A DNA stretch of 41,849 bases. Source: Bacteroidales bacterium (GTDB lineage Bacteria > Bacteroidota > Bacteroidia > Bacteroidales > UBA7960). Shown in pieces: positions 16,520 to 24,371 of this stretch. The stretch lies in contig SKSI01000081.1 in NCBI GenBank assembly GCA_007123065.1, positions 1 to 41,849 on the forward strand, in the 5' to 3' direction. The position numbers and the translations under genes are program-made. The notes beneath the pieces were generated by a model. That model worked only from the letters and a program-made list of their open reading frames with translations. It made no database searches and was not told the origin of the DNA. Each line of letters begins with the position of its first letter. Position 1 is the stretch's first letter.

Positions 16520-17709
16520 CTTCCCGGATAGACTTTAAGTGCTTCCTCGAGGCATTTCATGGCTTTTTTAAGGTCTTCGACGTTCAGTACGTAAGAGATG
16601 CGTACTTCGCTTTTTCCTTTGCCGGGGGTAGCATAGAATCCGGTAGCCGGGGCCATCATCACAGTTTGATTTTCATAATTGAAGTCTTCCAGAAGCCATT
16701 GGCAGAATTTGTCGCTATCATCGATAGGAAGATGTGGGTTTACGTAAAAGGCACCTTTGGGTGTTGGACAAATAACGCCTTCCATTTTGGTTAAAGCGTC
16801 AACTACAGTGTTGCGGCGGGCCAGGTATTCGCCAATAATCTCGTCAAAATAGCTGTCGGGGGTGTCTACGGCTGCTTCGGCAGCAAATTGTCCCAGCGAG
16901 GGTGGACTCAGGCGGGCTTGTGCAAATTTCATCGCGGTAGCCATCACCTCTTTGTTTCTGGAAATCATCACACCGATACGGATGCCGCATGCACTGTAAC
17001 GCTTGCTCACGGAGTCAAATAAAACCACGTTGTCTTCAATACCTTCCAGGTTCATTACAGAGTGGTGCTTTAACCCATCATAGCAGAATTCCCTGTAAAC
17101 CTCATCTGCAAACAAGAACAGATCGTGCTTTTTAACGATCTGACGCAGCACTTCAAGCTCCTCTTTTGAATACAGGTAGCCCGTGGGGTTGTTGGGGTTG
17201 CACACCATAATGGCTTTTGTTTTTGGTGTGATCGCTTTTTCGAACTCTTCAATTGGAGGGAGGGCAAAGCCTGTATCAATTGTCGAAATGATGGGTTTTA
17301 CCTTCACACCGGCACTGATGGTGAAACCATTGTAGTTGGCATAGAAGGGCTCAGGGATGATGATCTCATCACCGGGATTCAGACAAGTTTGTACGGCAAA
17401 AAGAATAGCTTCTGAGGCTCCTGCTCCCACAATCATTTCATCGGGGGTCACATGGATGTCATGTTTTGCGTAATATTCGCAAAGCTTTTCGCGGTAGGAG
17501 AGAATGCCGGCAGAGTGACTGTATTCGATCACCTTGACGTCCAGGTTGTGCATGGCATCGATCATCGACTGTGGTGTCGGGATGTCGGGCTGGCCGATGT
17601 TGAGGTGGTAAACCTTGGTGCCTCTTTTTTTAGCCTTTTCTGCATAGGGAACCAACTTGCGTATGGGAGACGCCGGCATCTGGCGTCCTTTTTCTGATAT
17701 TTGTGGCAT
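16510..17709 (-). CDS. class I/II pyridoxal-phosphate-dependent aminotransferase (aspartate aminotransferase-like)
   Basis: PLP-lysine motif SVSKRYSACGIRIG. NPNNPTG motif. 399 aa. Confidence 0.9.
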   Translation of the reverse strand: MPQISEKGRQMPASPIRKLVPYAEKAKKRGTKVYHLNIGQPDIPTPQSMIDAMHNLDVKVIEYSHSAGILSYREKLCEYYAKHDIHVTPDEMIVGAGASEAILFAVQTCLNPGDEIIIPEPFYANYNGFTISAGVKVKPIISTIDTGFALPPIEEFEKAITPKTKAIMVCNPNNPTGYLYSKEELEVLRQIVKKHDLFLFADEVYREFCYDGLKHHSVMNLEGIEDNVVLFDSVSKRYSACGIRIGVMISRNKEVMATAMKFAQARLSPPSLGQFAAEAAVDTPDSYFDEIIGEYLARRNTVVDALTKMEGVICPTPKGAFYVNPHLPIDDSDKFCQWLLEDFNYENQTVMMAPATGFYATPGKGKSEVRISYVLNVEDLKKAMKCLEEALKVYPGRKG

Positions 17710-17854
17710 GATTTCTTGAAATTATGTGTTAGTAATCGGATTGATCTGCGCCGGCTGCAAAGATGCCAATATTTTTCATCATTAACAATAATGATATTAA
17801 TGATTTCTTTTCGATTTCTGATTGTTGATGATCATCTTCGTGCCCTTTTTGACT

Positions 17855-17902
17855 CTGTGGTGAAAAAAGAAAATCTACCACAAAGACACAAAGTCCACAA
17901 AG
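17855..17902. repeat. dispersed intergenic element, copy A: GTGGT..ACCAC inverted repeat plus CACAAAG repeats
   Basis: ctgtggtgaaaaaagaaaatctaccacaaagacacaaagtccacaaag aligns base-for-base with 20571-20618 and 31944-31990. Confidence 0.8.
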
Positions 17903-17915
17903 ATGTTTTTGCCTG

Positions 17916-17943
17916 AACCCTCAACGCTTAACCCTCAATCCCG
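17916..17943. repeat. 14-bp direct repeat x2 (AACCCTCAAnnnnn)
   Basis: aaccctcaacgctt aaccctcaatcccg. Followed by the hairpin CCCGAA(n10)TTCGGG at 17940-17961 and the palindrome CCTTAAACTTAAGG at 17979-17992. Confidence 0.7.
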
Positions 17944-17986
17944 AATCGCTTCGCTTTCGGGACTTCGCTTACGCTCAGCCTTAAAC

Positions 17987-18382
17987 TTAAGGAATTACTA
18001 TTCCGTAAACGGAAACCACCAGCGTTTTTTTGTACCCGTTTGTGTGGATGATGATATTTCGTGTAAATGGCCCAATGCGACTTGTGTTGTATCGAAAACG
18101 GATGGTGGTTTCTTCACCTTGCCGGATGGGATCTGTAGGCCAGTTCGGGATCATCAGTCCGCAGGAGCTTCTGACTTTGGCAATGATCAGATCAGTTTTG
18201 CCTTCATTGGCAATGGTGATCTGACCGGTAAAACGCTCTCCTGAATGAACTGTGCCCATGTCAATCGTATCTGCCGATAGAACCGCATAAGGATAATTCT
18301 CCTTAATGGCTGAATCATCCGCCATCAAAATCAAAAGAAAAGAAAAAAACAAAACCGTTAGACCACCCCGCACTTTAATCAT
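17987..18382 (-). CDS. DUF1573-domain secreted protein
   Basis: Signal-anchor (LTVLFFSFLLILMA), then the DUF1573-like core GTVHSGERFTGQITIANEGKTDLIIAKVRSSCG. I chose the start at MIKVRGG (18382) because the longer ORF would run into the heptamer repeat tract. Confidence 0.7.
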   Translation of the reverse strand: MIKVRGGLTVLFFSFLLILMADDSAIKENYPYAVLSADTIDMGTVHSGERFTGQITIANEGKTDLIIAKVRSSCGLMIPNWPTDPIRQGEETTIRFRYNTSRIGPFTRNIIIHTNGYKKTLVVSVYGIVIP

Positions 18383-18400
18383 ACCATAATCAACAATTAA

Positions 18401-18456
18401 ATGAAAAATGAAAAATGAAAAATAATCGACAATCGGCAATCGGCAATCGGTAATCG
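18401..18456. repeat. eight contiguous heptanucleotide units: (ATGAAAA)3 then (NNAATCG)5
   Basis: A single 7-nt register from 18401 to 18456. It ends exactly at the stop codon (18457-18459) of the upstream aminopeptidase gene. Confidence 0.9.
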
Positions 18457-19947
18457 TTACCGCATGGCTTCCTCAATTTCGGCAACGGTTCTCGGAAGGC
18501 TTCCGGACAGGTTTATATGGCCATCTTCAGTGATGAGGATATCGTCTTCTATGCGCACGCCGATGCCTTCATATTGTTTGTAGATGGGCCTGACCTCATC
18601 AACGAAAGCGTTGAGTTCTGCTTCGCTGGCAACGTGTCCGAACAGATCATGGATTCCGTTGAGCAAACCTTCCATAAAATAGAGACCCGGCTCAAGGGTC
18701 ATGACCATACCCGGTTCCAGTTTACGACCTGTTAATTCTTTGTTCAGGATGTAGTCGTCTCTGACGCTGTGGTCATAACCATAATCACCCACATCGTTTG
18801 TTTGCAGGCCGATGTAATGATTCACCCGGTGTTGCATGTAAAAACGTTTCTGCCACCACGATGTGGTATCCGGAAGCAGTCCCATTTGGTGTAAGCCCCT
18901 TACCATGACCTCCATCGATTTGTGGTGGCAATCGAGCATGTTATAGCCTGGCTTCATCAGTGCCAGAGATTCATCAAATGCTTTCAGAACCAGTTCGTAT
19001 ATCTCTATTTGTCTGGGCGTGAATTTTCCGTTGGCCGGATAGGTGCGTGTAACATCCGCTGAATAACCGCCAAGACTTGCGGCACCAATGTCAATCAGTA
19101 CAAGGTCGCCATCCTCTATCACCCTATCGGAAGGCCGATGGTGCAACAGGCAGGTGTTTGGACCGCTTCCGACAATGGAAGAAAAACCTGTGCCCAGACC
19201 GTTTCGGCGAAATACATATTCGATACCTGCCTGCACTTCATGTTCTGTAAGCCCCGGTCTTATGGTTTCCATCACGTAATGATGTGATTTATTGGTAACC
19301 TCTATTGCTTGCTTCAGTTGCGCTATCTCCCACTTATCTTTGAATACACGATTTTCGTGCAGAATGGGAGCGATGTTGCTGATGTTGATCCTTCTGCCGC
19401 TTCCTGCAACAGCAAGTCTGATTAAGTCTTTTGTGTATGCATCGTCATCGTGTATGTAAATTCGGCTTTTATTGCCGATTAAACCTGGTAACATCTCTTC
19501 AAACTTTTCGATCGGGTAAGCAGTATCCGCACCGAACTTTTCAATGGCTCCTTCCGTGCCATACACCTCACCCGTCCACATAACTGTGTATATCTCTCTG
19601 GGTGTAACAAAAAGAGTAAAAGATTCTTCTTGCTTGGGCCTGAAAACGGCAATGCCCCTTGATTCGTTAAGTCCGGTCAAATACCTGAAGTCCGGACGTG
19701 TTGCGGCAGAAACAATGATGAAGTCTGCGTTGATTGATTTAAATATCCGCGCCCTCCGTTGTTCAAACACCTCTTTGTTAAAATCACTAACCTGATGATC
19801 ATGTTTGAATCTGTCGGGTAGTTCCCCCGGTTGATAACAGTCTTTGTTCATATTATTGAAGATAAGTGCTACGACACCAAGAACGATCAATATTACAATG
19901 ATTCTTGAGATGATCACATATTTTTTTAAATCCCTGACTTTGGCCAT
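18457..19947 (-). CDS. Xaa-Pro aminopeptidase (M24B family) with N-terminal membrane anchor
   Basis: M24 metal ligand blocks LVLIDIG, YSADVTRT, HYIGL, MTLEPG, RIEDDILIT. N-terminal TM IISRIIVILIVLGVVALIF. Confidence 0.9.
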   Translation of the reverse strand: MAKVRDLKKYVIISRIIVILIVLGVVALIFNNMNKDCYQPGELPDRFKHDHQVSDFNKEVFEQRRARIFKSINADFIIVSAATRPDFRYLTGLNESRGIAVFRPKQEESFTLFVTPREIYTVMWTGEVYGTEGAIEKFGADTAYPIEKFEEMLPGLIGNKSRIYIHDDDAYTKDLIRLAVAGSGRRINISNIAPILHENRVFKDKWEIAQLKQAIEVTNKSHHYVMETIRPGLTEHEVQAGIEYVFRRNGLGTGFSSIVGSGPNTCLLHHRPSDRVIEDGDLVLIDIGAASLGGYSADVTRTYPANGKFTPRQIEIYELVLKAFDESLALMKPGYNMLDCHHKSMEVMVRGLHQMGLLPDTTSWWQKRFYMQHRVNHYIGLQTNDVGDYGYDHSVRDDYILNKELTGRKLEPGMVMTLEPGLYFMEGLLNGIHDLFGHVASEAELNAFVDEVRPIYKQYEGIGVRIEDDILITEDGHINLSGSLPRTVAEIEEAMR

Positions 19948-20054
19948 GGTTCATATTTTTGTGAATTACAATTGGTAAAATTAGTAAAGATTTTTTGTTT
20001 TCATCTTCAGCTCCAGCTCCCAGATCTTAATTCCCATCTTTTAAAACCATTTTT

Positions 20055-20062
20055 TATCTTTG
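20055..20062 (+). promoter_or_regulatory. candidate -7 promoter box (TATCTTTG) only 4 nt upstream of the ATG at 20067
   Basis: Exact TAnnTTTG. Its position implies a leaderless or near-leaderless transcript. Confidence 0.4.
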
Positions 20063-20066
20063 CATC

Positions 20067-20549
20067 ATGCGTGGTGATCCGAAATTATACAAATTGCTTG
20101 ATGAATTGTGCATAGCCTTTGATTATTATCCGCACCCGGCGGCACCAACTGTTGAAGAGGCTGCGAAATACTGGAAAGACCTTGATGCACAGCATTGCAA
20201 AAACTTGTTTTTCAGGAATCACAAGGGCAATCGTCACTACCTGGTGGTGCTGGATTACCTGCAAGACCTTAATATCCGAGACCTCGAACAACGACTCAGG
20301 CAGGGCAAGCTTACTTTTGCATCACCCAAAAGATTAATGAAGTACCTTGGCATTACAGCCGGATCGGTATCTCCGCTGGCATTAATCAACGACAAGGAAA
20401 AGCACGTGCACCTGTTTCTGGATGAGAAACTGCAGCAAGCGGATTTCATAAGTTTTCATCCCTGTATCAACACTGCCTCACTTGTTATCAAATACAGCGA
20501 TTTTTTGCGTTTTTTGGAGCATTGCGGAAATACGTGGGAGTACTTTTAA
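20067..20549 (+). CDS. YbaK/ProX-type aminoacyl-tRNA trans-editing domain protein (prolyl-tRNA synthetase-associated domain)
   Basis: 160 aa. CKNLFFRN..HYLVV and GITAGSVSPLALIND blocks are typical of the YbaK/ProRS-associated domain family. Confidence 0.75.
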   Translation: MRGDPKLYKLLDELCIAFDYYPHPAAPTVEEAAKYWKDLDAQHCKNLFFRNHKGNRHYLVVLDYLQDLNIRDLEQRLRQGKLTFASPKRLMKYLGITAGSVSPLALINDKEKHVHLFLDEKLQQADFISFHPCINTASLVIKYSDFLRFLEHCGNTWEYF

Positions 20550-20570
20550 AATAGCAAATTAGCAGATGAG

Positions 20571-20690
20571 CAGTGGTGCAAAAAGAAAATTTACCACAGA
20601 GACACAAAGAACACAAAGAATATTTACCGCAAAGGCGCAAAAATCGCAAAGAAAGAAAGAAAACAAAGAACAAAAAACAACGAACAAAGA
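20571..20690. repeat. dispersed intergenic element, copy B, with an extended CAAAG-rich tail
   Basis: The core cagtggtgcaaaaagaaaatttaccacagagacacaaagaacacaaag (20571-20618) is followed by ..ccgcaaaggcgcaaaaatcgcaaagaaag..caaagaacaa..caaag. Confidence 0.8.
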
Positions 20691-20700
20691 ATCGCCCCTG

Positions 20701-21912
20701 CTACGCCAGGAAGGCGATGAGCACGCCTGCGGCGACAGCTGAGCCGATAACCCCCGAGATGTTGCTGGCCATGCAATACTGCAGGATGTGGTTGCCTGAG
20801 TCGTGCTTTATGGCAATCTCGTTGGCTACCCTTGACGCCATGGGTACGGCACTGAGTCCTGTGGCGCCAATCAGGGGGTTGATCTTTTTCCCTGCAAACA
20901 GGTTATAGACCTTTACTGCCATAATTCCGCCGGCTACTGAAATGGCAAATGCGATCAGTCCGCCGAAGATAATTCCCAGGGTACGGATATCCAGAAAAGT
21001 TGTGGCTGTCATGGTGGCTCCAACCGCCAGCCCGAGGAAAATGGTTGCGGTATTCATGATCGGTCCGCTGGCAGCTTCCGATAGCCTTCCGGTAGCTACG
21101 CCAATCTCTTTAATCAGGTTGCCAAACATGAGCATTCCGATTAGTGGGGTTGCAGTTGGAACAAAGAAAGCAACCAGTATCCCAAGCACGATTGGAAAAG
21201 CAATCTTCACGGCGGTGATGTTCTTGATGGTTGTTTTCGGGGGGTAGCGCTTATCCATTTTCTTCATGTTGATGGAAAGCTCCTTTTTGGTACACAGCAT
21301 TCTGGCTATCGGGGGAATGATCACCGGAACCAGGGCCATGTATGAATAGGCAGCTATGGCAATTGGTCCGAGCATGTGTGGTGCCAGGATGATCGAAATG
21401 TAGATGGCCGTTGGGCCGTCACCTCCACCAATGATACCAAGCGATCCCGCCTCCTGCGGGGTGAAACCGACGGCAATGGCGGCAAAGAAAACGGTGAAAA
21501 TGCCAAGTTGGGCGGCAGCGCCAAACAGTGACAACCGCAGGTTGCGCAGCATCGGTCCGAAATCGGTCAGGGCACCGACACCCAGAAAGATGATGGGGGG
21601 CAGAAAACCTGTTTTAATAAGCATGTAATACAGGTAATTCATGATGCCATATTCGCCCGCGATCTCGATCAGCGTCATGTAGCGCCCATCCTCAAAACGT
21701 ACCATCTCCTCCGGTACAATGCCCATTCCGGCACCCGGTAAATTGGCCAGAATTACCCCAAAGCCGATTGGAACCAGCAAGAGGGGTTCATATTTCTTAC
21801 GGATGCCCAGAAACAACAGGAAAATACCGATCACCAGCATCAGCAGCATTCCGGGCTGGGTCCATAAATCACCGAAAGCGGTAATGTCGTATAGTTTTTT
21901 GATTGAATCCAT
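20701..21912 (-). CDS. oadB: sodium ion-translocating decarboxylase, beta subunit
   Basis: 403-aa polytopic membrane protein with the OadB/GcdB/MmdB-type sequence (GDGPTAI, IGATGLSAVPM). Lies downstream of oadA. Confidence 0.9.
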   Translation of the reverse strand: MDSIKKLYDITAFGDLWTQPGMLLMLVIGIFLLFLGIRKKYEPLLLVPIGFGVILANLPGAGMGIVPEEMVRFEDGRYMTLIEIAGEYGIMNYLYYMLIKTGFLPPIIFLGVGALTDFGPMLRNLRLSLFGAAAQLGIFTVFFAAIAVGFTPQEAGSLGIIGGGDGPTAIYISIILAPHMLGPIAIAAYSYMALVPVIIPPIARMLCTKKELSINMKKMDKRYPPKTTIKNITAVKIAFPIVLGILVAFFVPTATPLIGMLMFGNLIKEIGVATGRLSEAASGPIMNTATIFLGLAVGATMTATTFLDIRTLGIIFGGLIAFAISVAGGIMAVKVYNLFAGKKINPLIGATGLSAVPMASRVANEIAIKHDSGNHILQYCMASNISGVIGSAVAAGVLIAFLA

Positions 21913-21952
21913 CGAACCTGTTTTGTTGTGAAATGATTCCGGACGTGTTGTC

Positions 21953-23848
21953 TCAGCTGATCACAAAGAGTACATCATCTTCAATGATGGCAGCACCGTT
22001 TGCCGGAATGATTTTTTCGATCCTGCCACCGTATTCGCTGCGGAGGGTGTTGTAGGTTTTCATCGCTTCGATGTAGCCAAGCACATCACCTTCCTTCACG
22101 ACATCCCCCTCCTTAACGGGTTTTTCTGAAGCCTCTTTGGTGAGGTAGAAGTTTCCTGAAAGGGGCGCGATGACCTCCTGACCGTTGTCCGTACCCTTTT
22201 GTTCCTTGTTAGATTCCTGTCCGGAAGGTTGTTTTTTGGAATCGCCTTTTAAATTTCCTTCATCATAAGAAAGTGTCACTTTAAATTGTTCACCGTCCAC
22301 GTCAACAAACAGACTTTGGGGAAGTTTTGCCGTTTCTGTTGGTTGGGATGCTGCAGTTGCCGCTTTTGCTTTTTTGTAAAGTCCGCTGCCTTCTTGTTTC
22401 CTTTTGTTTATGTCCTTAACAAAGGCTTCCTTGGCAGCACCCGATTTATAGTTTCTGTATTGTTCGGGATGCATCGCCAGTTCAAAAAGTTCTTCATCAT
22501 CTTTGCCATGATCCCAACCATTCTCATCCATCTCCTTTTTAAATTCTTCCAGTTTGTCGGGGTAAAGTCCTTGCGGATTGCCGGTAAAGAACTCCTTGCC
22601 CTCTTTTTTTGCGAGTTCTATGAGTTCCGGATCCAGTTTTCCGGGCAATTTTCCCAGCTTGCCGGTCAGCATGTCCCAGGCATTGTCGGGGATGATCTCC
22701 CAGCGGTCGCCTCCTTTGATCATTTGCGTGACATTGATCACGGCCAGATTTTTAACATACTGGCTGAATGGTGTAACGAGTGGCGGATAGCCCACCATCG
22801 GCCATATTTGTTCCACTTCTTCGAAAAGTTTGATAAGCAGCTTGTCCTGATTGAGCAAAGGTTTTCCATTCTTTTCCAGCCAACGGTTGAGGTCGTTTAG
22901 GTTGTTTTCCAGATCAGCCATTAGCGAACCCATCATCCCGCCTGGCAGACCGGAGGAAATAAGCAGGGAGTTCATCTGGCGGTTGGTTGGGTTGATGTAG
23001 TACCCGAGAAAGTCTTCCATGAATCCCTGGTGCATACTGCGCACCTTCATGTAGGCATCCATATTCACTTCGGGTACATCAAAACCTGCATCTTTCAACA
23101 TGGCCTGAACAGCGAGTACGTCTACGTGTCCTGTTCCCCACGATAGAGGTTCCATGCTCACATCTATGTATTCAGCACCGGCACGGGCTACTTCCAGAAT
23201 GGAGGCCATGGCAAATCCTGGTCCTGAATGGCTGTGGTACTGGATCGGGATGTCCGGATGCTGCTTTTTAATTTCTTTAACTATTTTTCCCAGCCATGCC
23301 GGACGGCCAATGCCGGCCATGTCTTTCAGGCAGATCTCGTCAGCACCTCCTTCGATGATCTTATTGGCCAGATCCACATAATATTCAACAGTATGAAGTT
23401 CTGAAAAAGTGATGCTGAGAGCGCCCTGTGCGATCAGTCCAGCCTCTTTGGTGTATTCGATAGAGTCAATCAGGTTGCGGTAATCGTTCATCCCGCAGAA
23501 GATACGCACCACGTTGGTGCCCTGGGCTTTTTTTACTTTGGGCATCAGCCGGCGCACGTCGGCGGGCACGGGCTGCATGCGGATGCCGTTCAGCGACCGT
23601 TCAAGCATCTGGCATCCAATACCTGCTTCATTGAACGGTTTTGTCCATGCGCGCAGGGCCTTATTCGGATTTTCACCAAAAAGCAGGTTGATCTGTTCGA
23701 AGCCGCCGCCGTTGGTTTCGATGCGGTCGAAGCATCCCATCTCAATAATGTGCGGTGCTACTTCGGTTAACTGATCGACACGTGGCATGTATTTTCCTGC
23801 TGATTGCCACATGTCGCGGTACATTAAAGCGAGTTTTATCTTTTGCAT
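21953..23848 (-). CDS. oadA: oxaloacetate decarboxylase alpha subunit (5S-type carboxyltransferase plus C-terminal biotinyl domain)
   Basis: N-terminal TIM-barrel carboxyltransferase (LRDMWQS-like start, HSHSGPG). Ala/Pro/Lys-rich linker. Biotin attachment motif EAMKT (Lys597, codon 22058-22060). Confidence 0.9.
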   Translation of the reverse strand: MQKIKLALMYRDMWQSAGKYMPRVDQLTEVAPHIIEMGCFDRIETNGGGFEQINLLFGENPNKALRAWTKPFNEAGIGCQMLERSLNGIRMQPVPADVRRLMPKVKKAQGTNVVRIFCGMNDYRNLIDSIEYTKEAGLIAQGALSITFSELHTVEYYVDLANKIIEGGADEICLKDMAGIGRPAWLGKIVKEIKKQHPDIPIQYHSHSGPGFAMASILEVARAGAEYIDVSMEPLSWGTGHVDVLAVQAMLKDAGFDVPEVNMDAYMKVRSMHQGFMEDFLGYYINPTNRQMNSLLISSGLPGGMMGSLMADLENNLNDLNRWLEKNGKPLLNQDKLLIKLFEEVEQIWPMVGYPPLVTPFSQYVKNLAVINVTQMIKGGDRWEIIPDNAWDMLTGKLGKLPGKLDPELIELAKKEGKEFFTGNPQGLYPDKLEEFKKEMDENGWDHGKDDEELFELAMHPEQYRNYKSGAAKEAFVKDINKRKQEGSGLYKKAKAATAASQPTETAKLPQSLFVDVDGEQFKVTLSYDEGNLKGDSKKQPSGQESNKEQKGTDNGQEVIAPLSGNFYLTKEASEKPVKEGDVVKEGDVLGYIEAMKTYNTLRSEYGGRIEKIIPANGAAIIEDDVLFVIS

Positions 23849-23898
23849 TTTTATATGAATTTAAAAATACTTTATCTGAATGATTATCAGTATTTTTA

Positions 23899-23964
23899 TT
23901 TGTGTGAATTTGTGAAATAATTTGTGTGAATTTGTGAAATAATTTGTGTGAATTTGTGGATAAA
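23899..23964. repeat. 22-bp tandem repeat x3 (TTTGTGTGAATTTGTGAAATAA), with about 11-bp internal half-periodicity
   Basis: Units are 23899-23920, 23921-23942 and 23943-23964 (the last has 2 changes). Located between the oadG stop and the oadA start. Confidence 0.9.
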
Positions 23965-24009
23965 TTCTTTTAAAAAGGACTTGAGTATGGAAAAATGAAA
24001 ACCTGCCGT

Positions 24010-24258
24010 TTAGCGTTTTTCGATGCTTATGCCCCTTGCTTGTCCGCCTGTGATGTGCTGCACGGTAGCGGTGATGGCCGCGATCTTTTTTTTGTGTTCG
24101 GGGGGCGGGTCGTCGGGCTGGTCGGGAATCTTGGGCTGAATTTCGTGAAGGAAGGTGTTTGCAAACCAGATGATGGCTTTGCCGCTGGCCACCACCACCA
24201 TCAGTACAAAAAAGACGGTAAGTAGCCCGAGAATAAAAACCTGTGCCGGCAGTCCCAT
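24010..24258 (-). CDS. oadG: OadG-family decarboxylase gamma subunit (small single-TM protein)
   Basis: 82 aa. N-terminal TM (VFILGLLTVFFVLMVVVA), then a Pro/Asp-rich tail. Heads the oadA-oadB cluster. Confidence 0.65.
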   Translation of the reverse strand: MGLPAQVFILGLLTVFFVLMVVVASGKAIIWFANTFLHEIQPKIPDQPDDPPPEHKKKIAAITATVQHITGGQARGISIEKR

Positions 24259-24281
24259 TGATTTAATATTTTTAGAAGTGT

Positions 24282-24289
24282 CAAAGATA
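24282..24289 (-). promoter_or_regulatory. candidate -7 promoter box for oadGAB (TATCTTTG on the minus strand)
   Basis: The plus strand reads CAAAGATA, 23 nt upstream of the oadG start codon. Confidence 0.45.
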
Positions 24290-24371
24290 CAAAAATGGGG
24301 GGATTTTGGTAGGTTTACTACATGGGTTTGGTTGTAGAATGGATAGAGAATAAGACCAGCCCTTAGTTTCC

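Noticed and set aside
20573-20908. His/Lys-rich small ORFs starting in intergenic repeats (LPQRHKEHKE.., also at 17701-17916 and 31855-32118).
   Set aside because: Their conserved parts are translations of the CACAAAG dispersed repeat element. The frames differ between copies, and the ORFs run antisense into neighbouring genes.
22286-22900. Long antisense ORFs: 204 aa here, and also 8456-9022, 12080-12622, 14132-14665, 15745-16173 and 38113-38565.
   Set aside because: Each is fully embedded antisense in a gene with strong family motifs. Their translations are low-complexity and Phe/Cys/Ile-rich with no recognisable domains or start-site signals. They are typical shadow ORFs.
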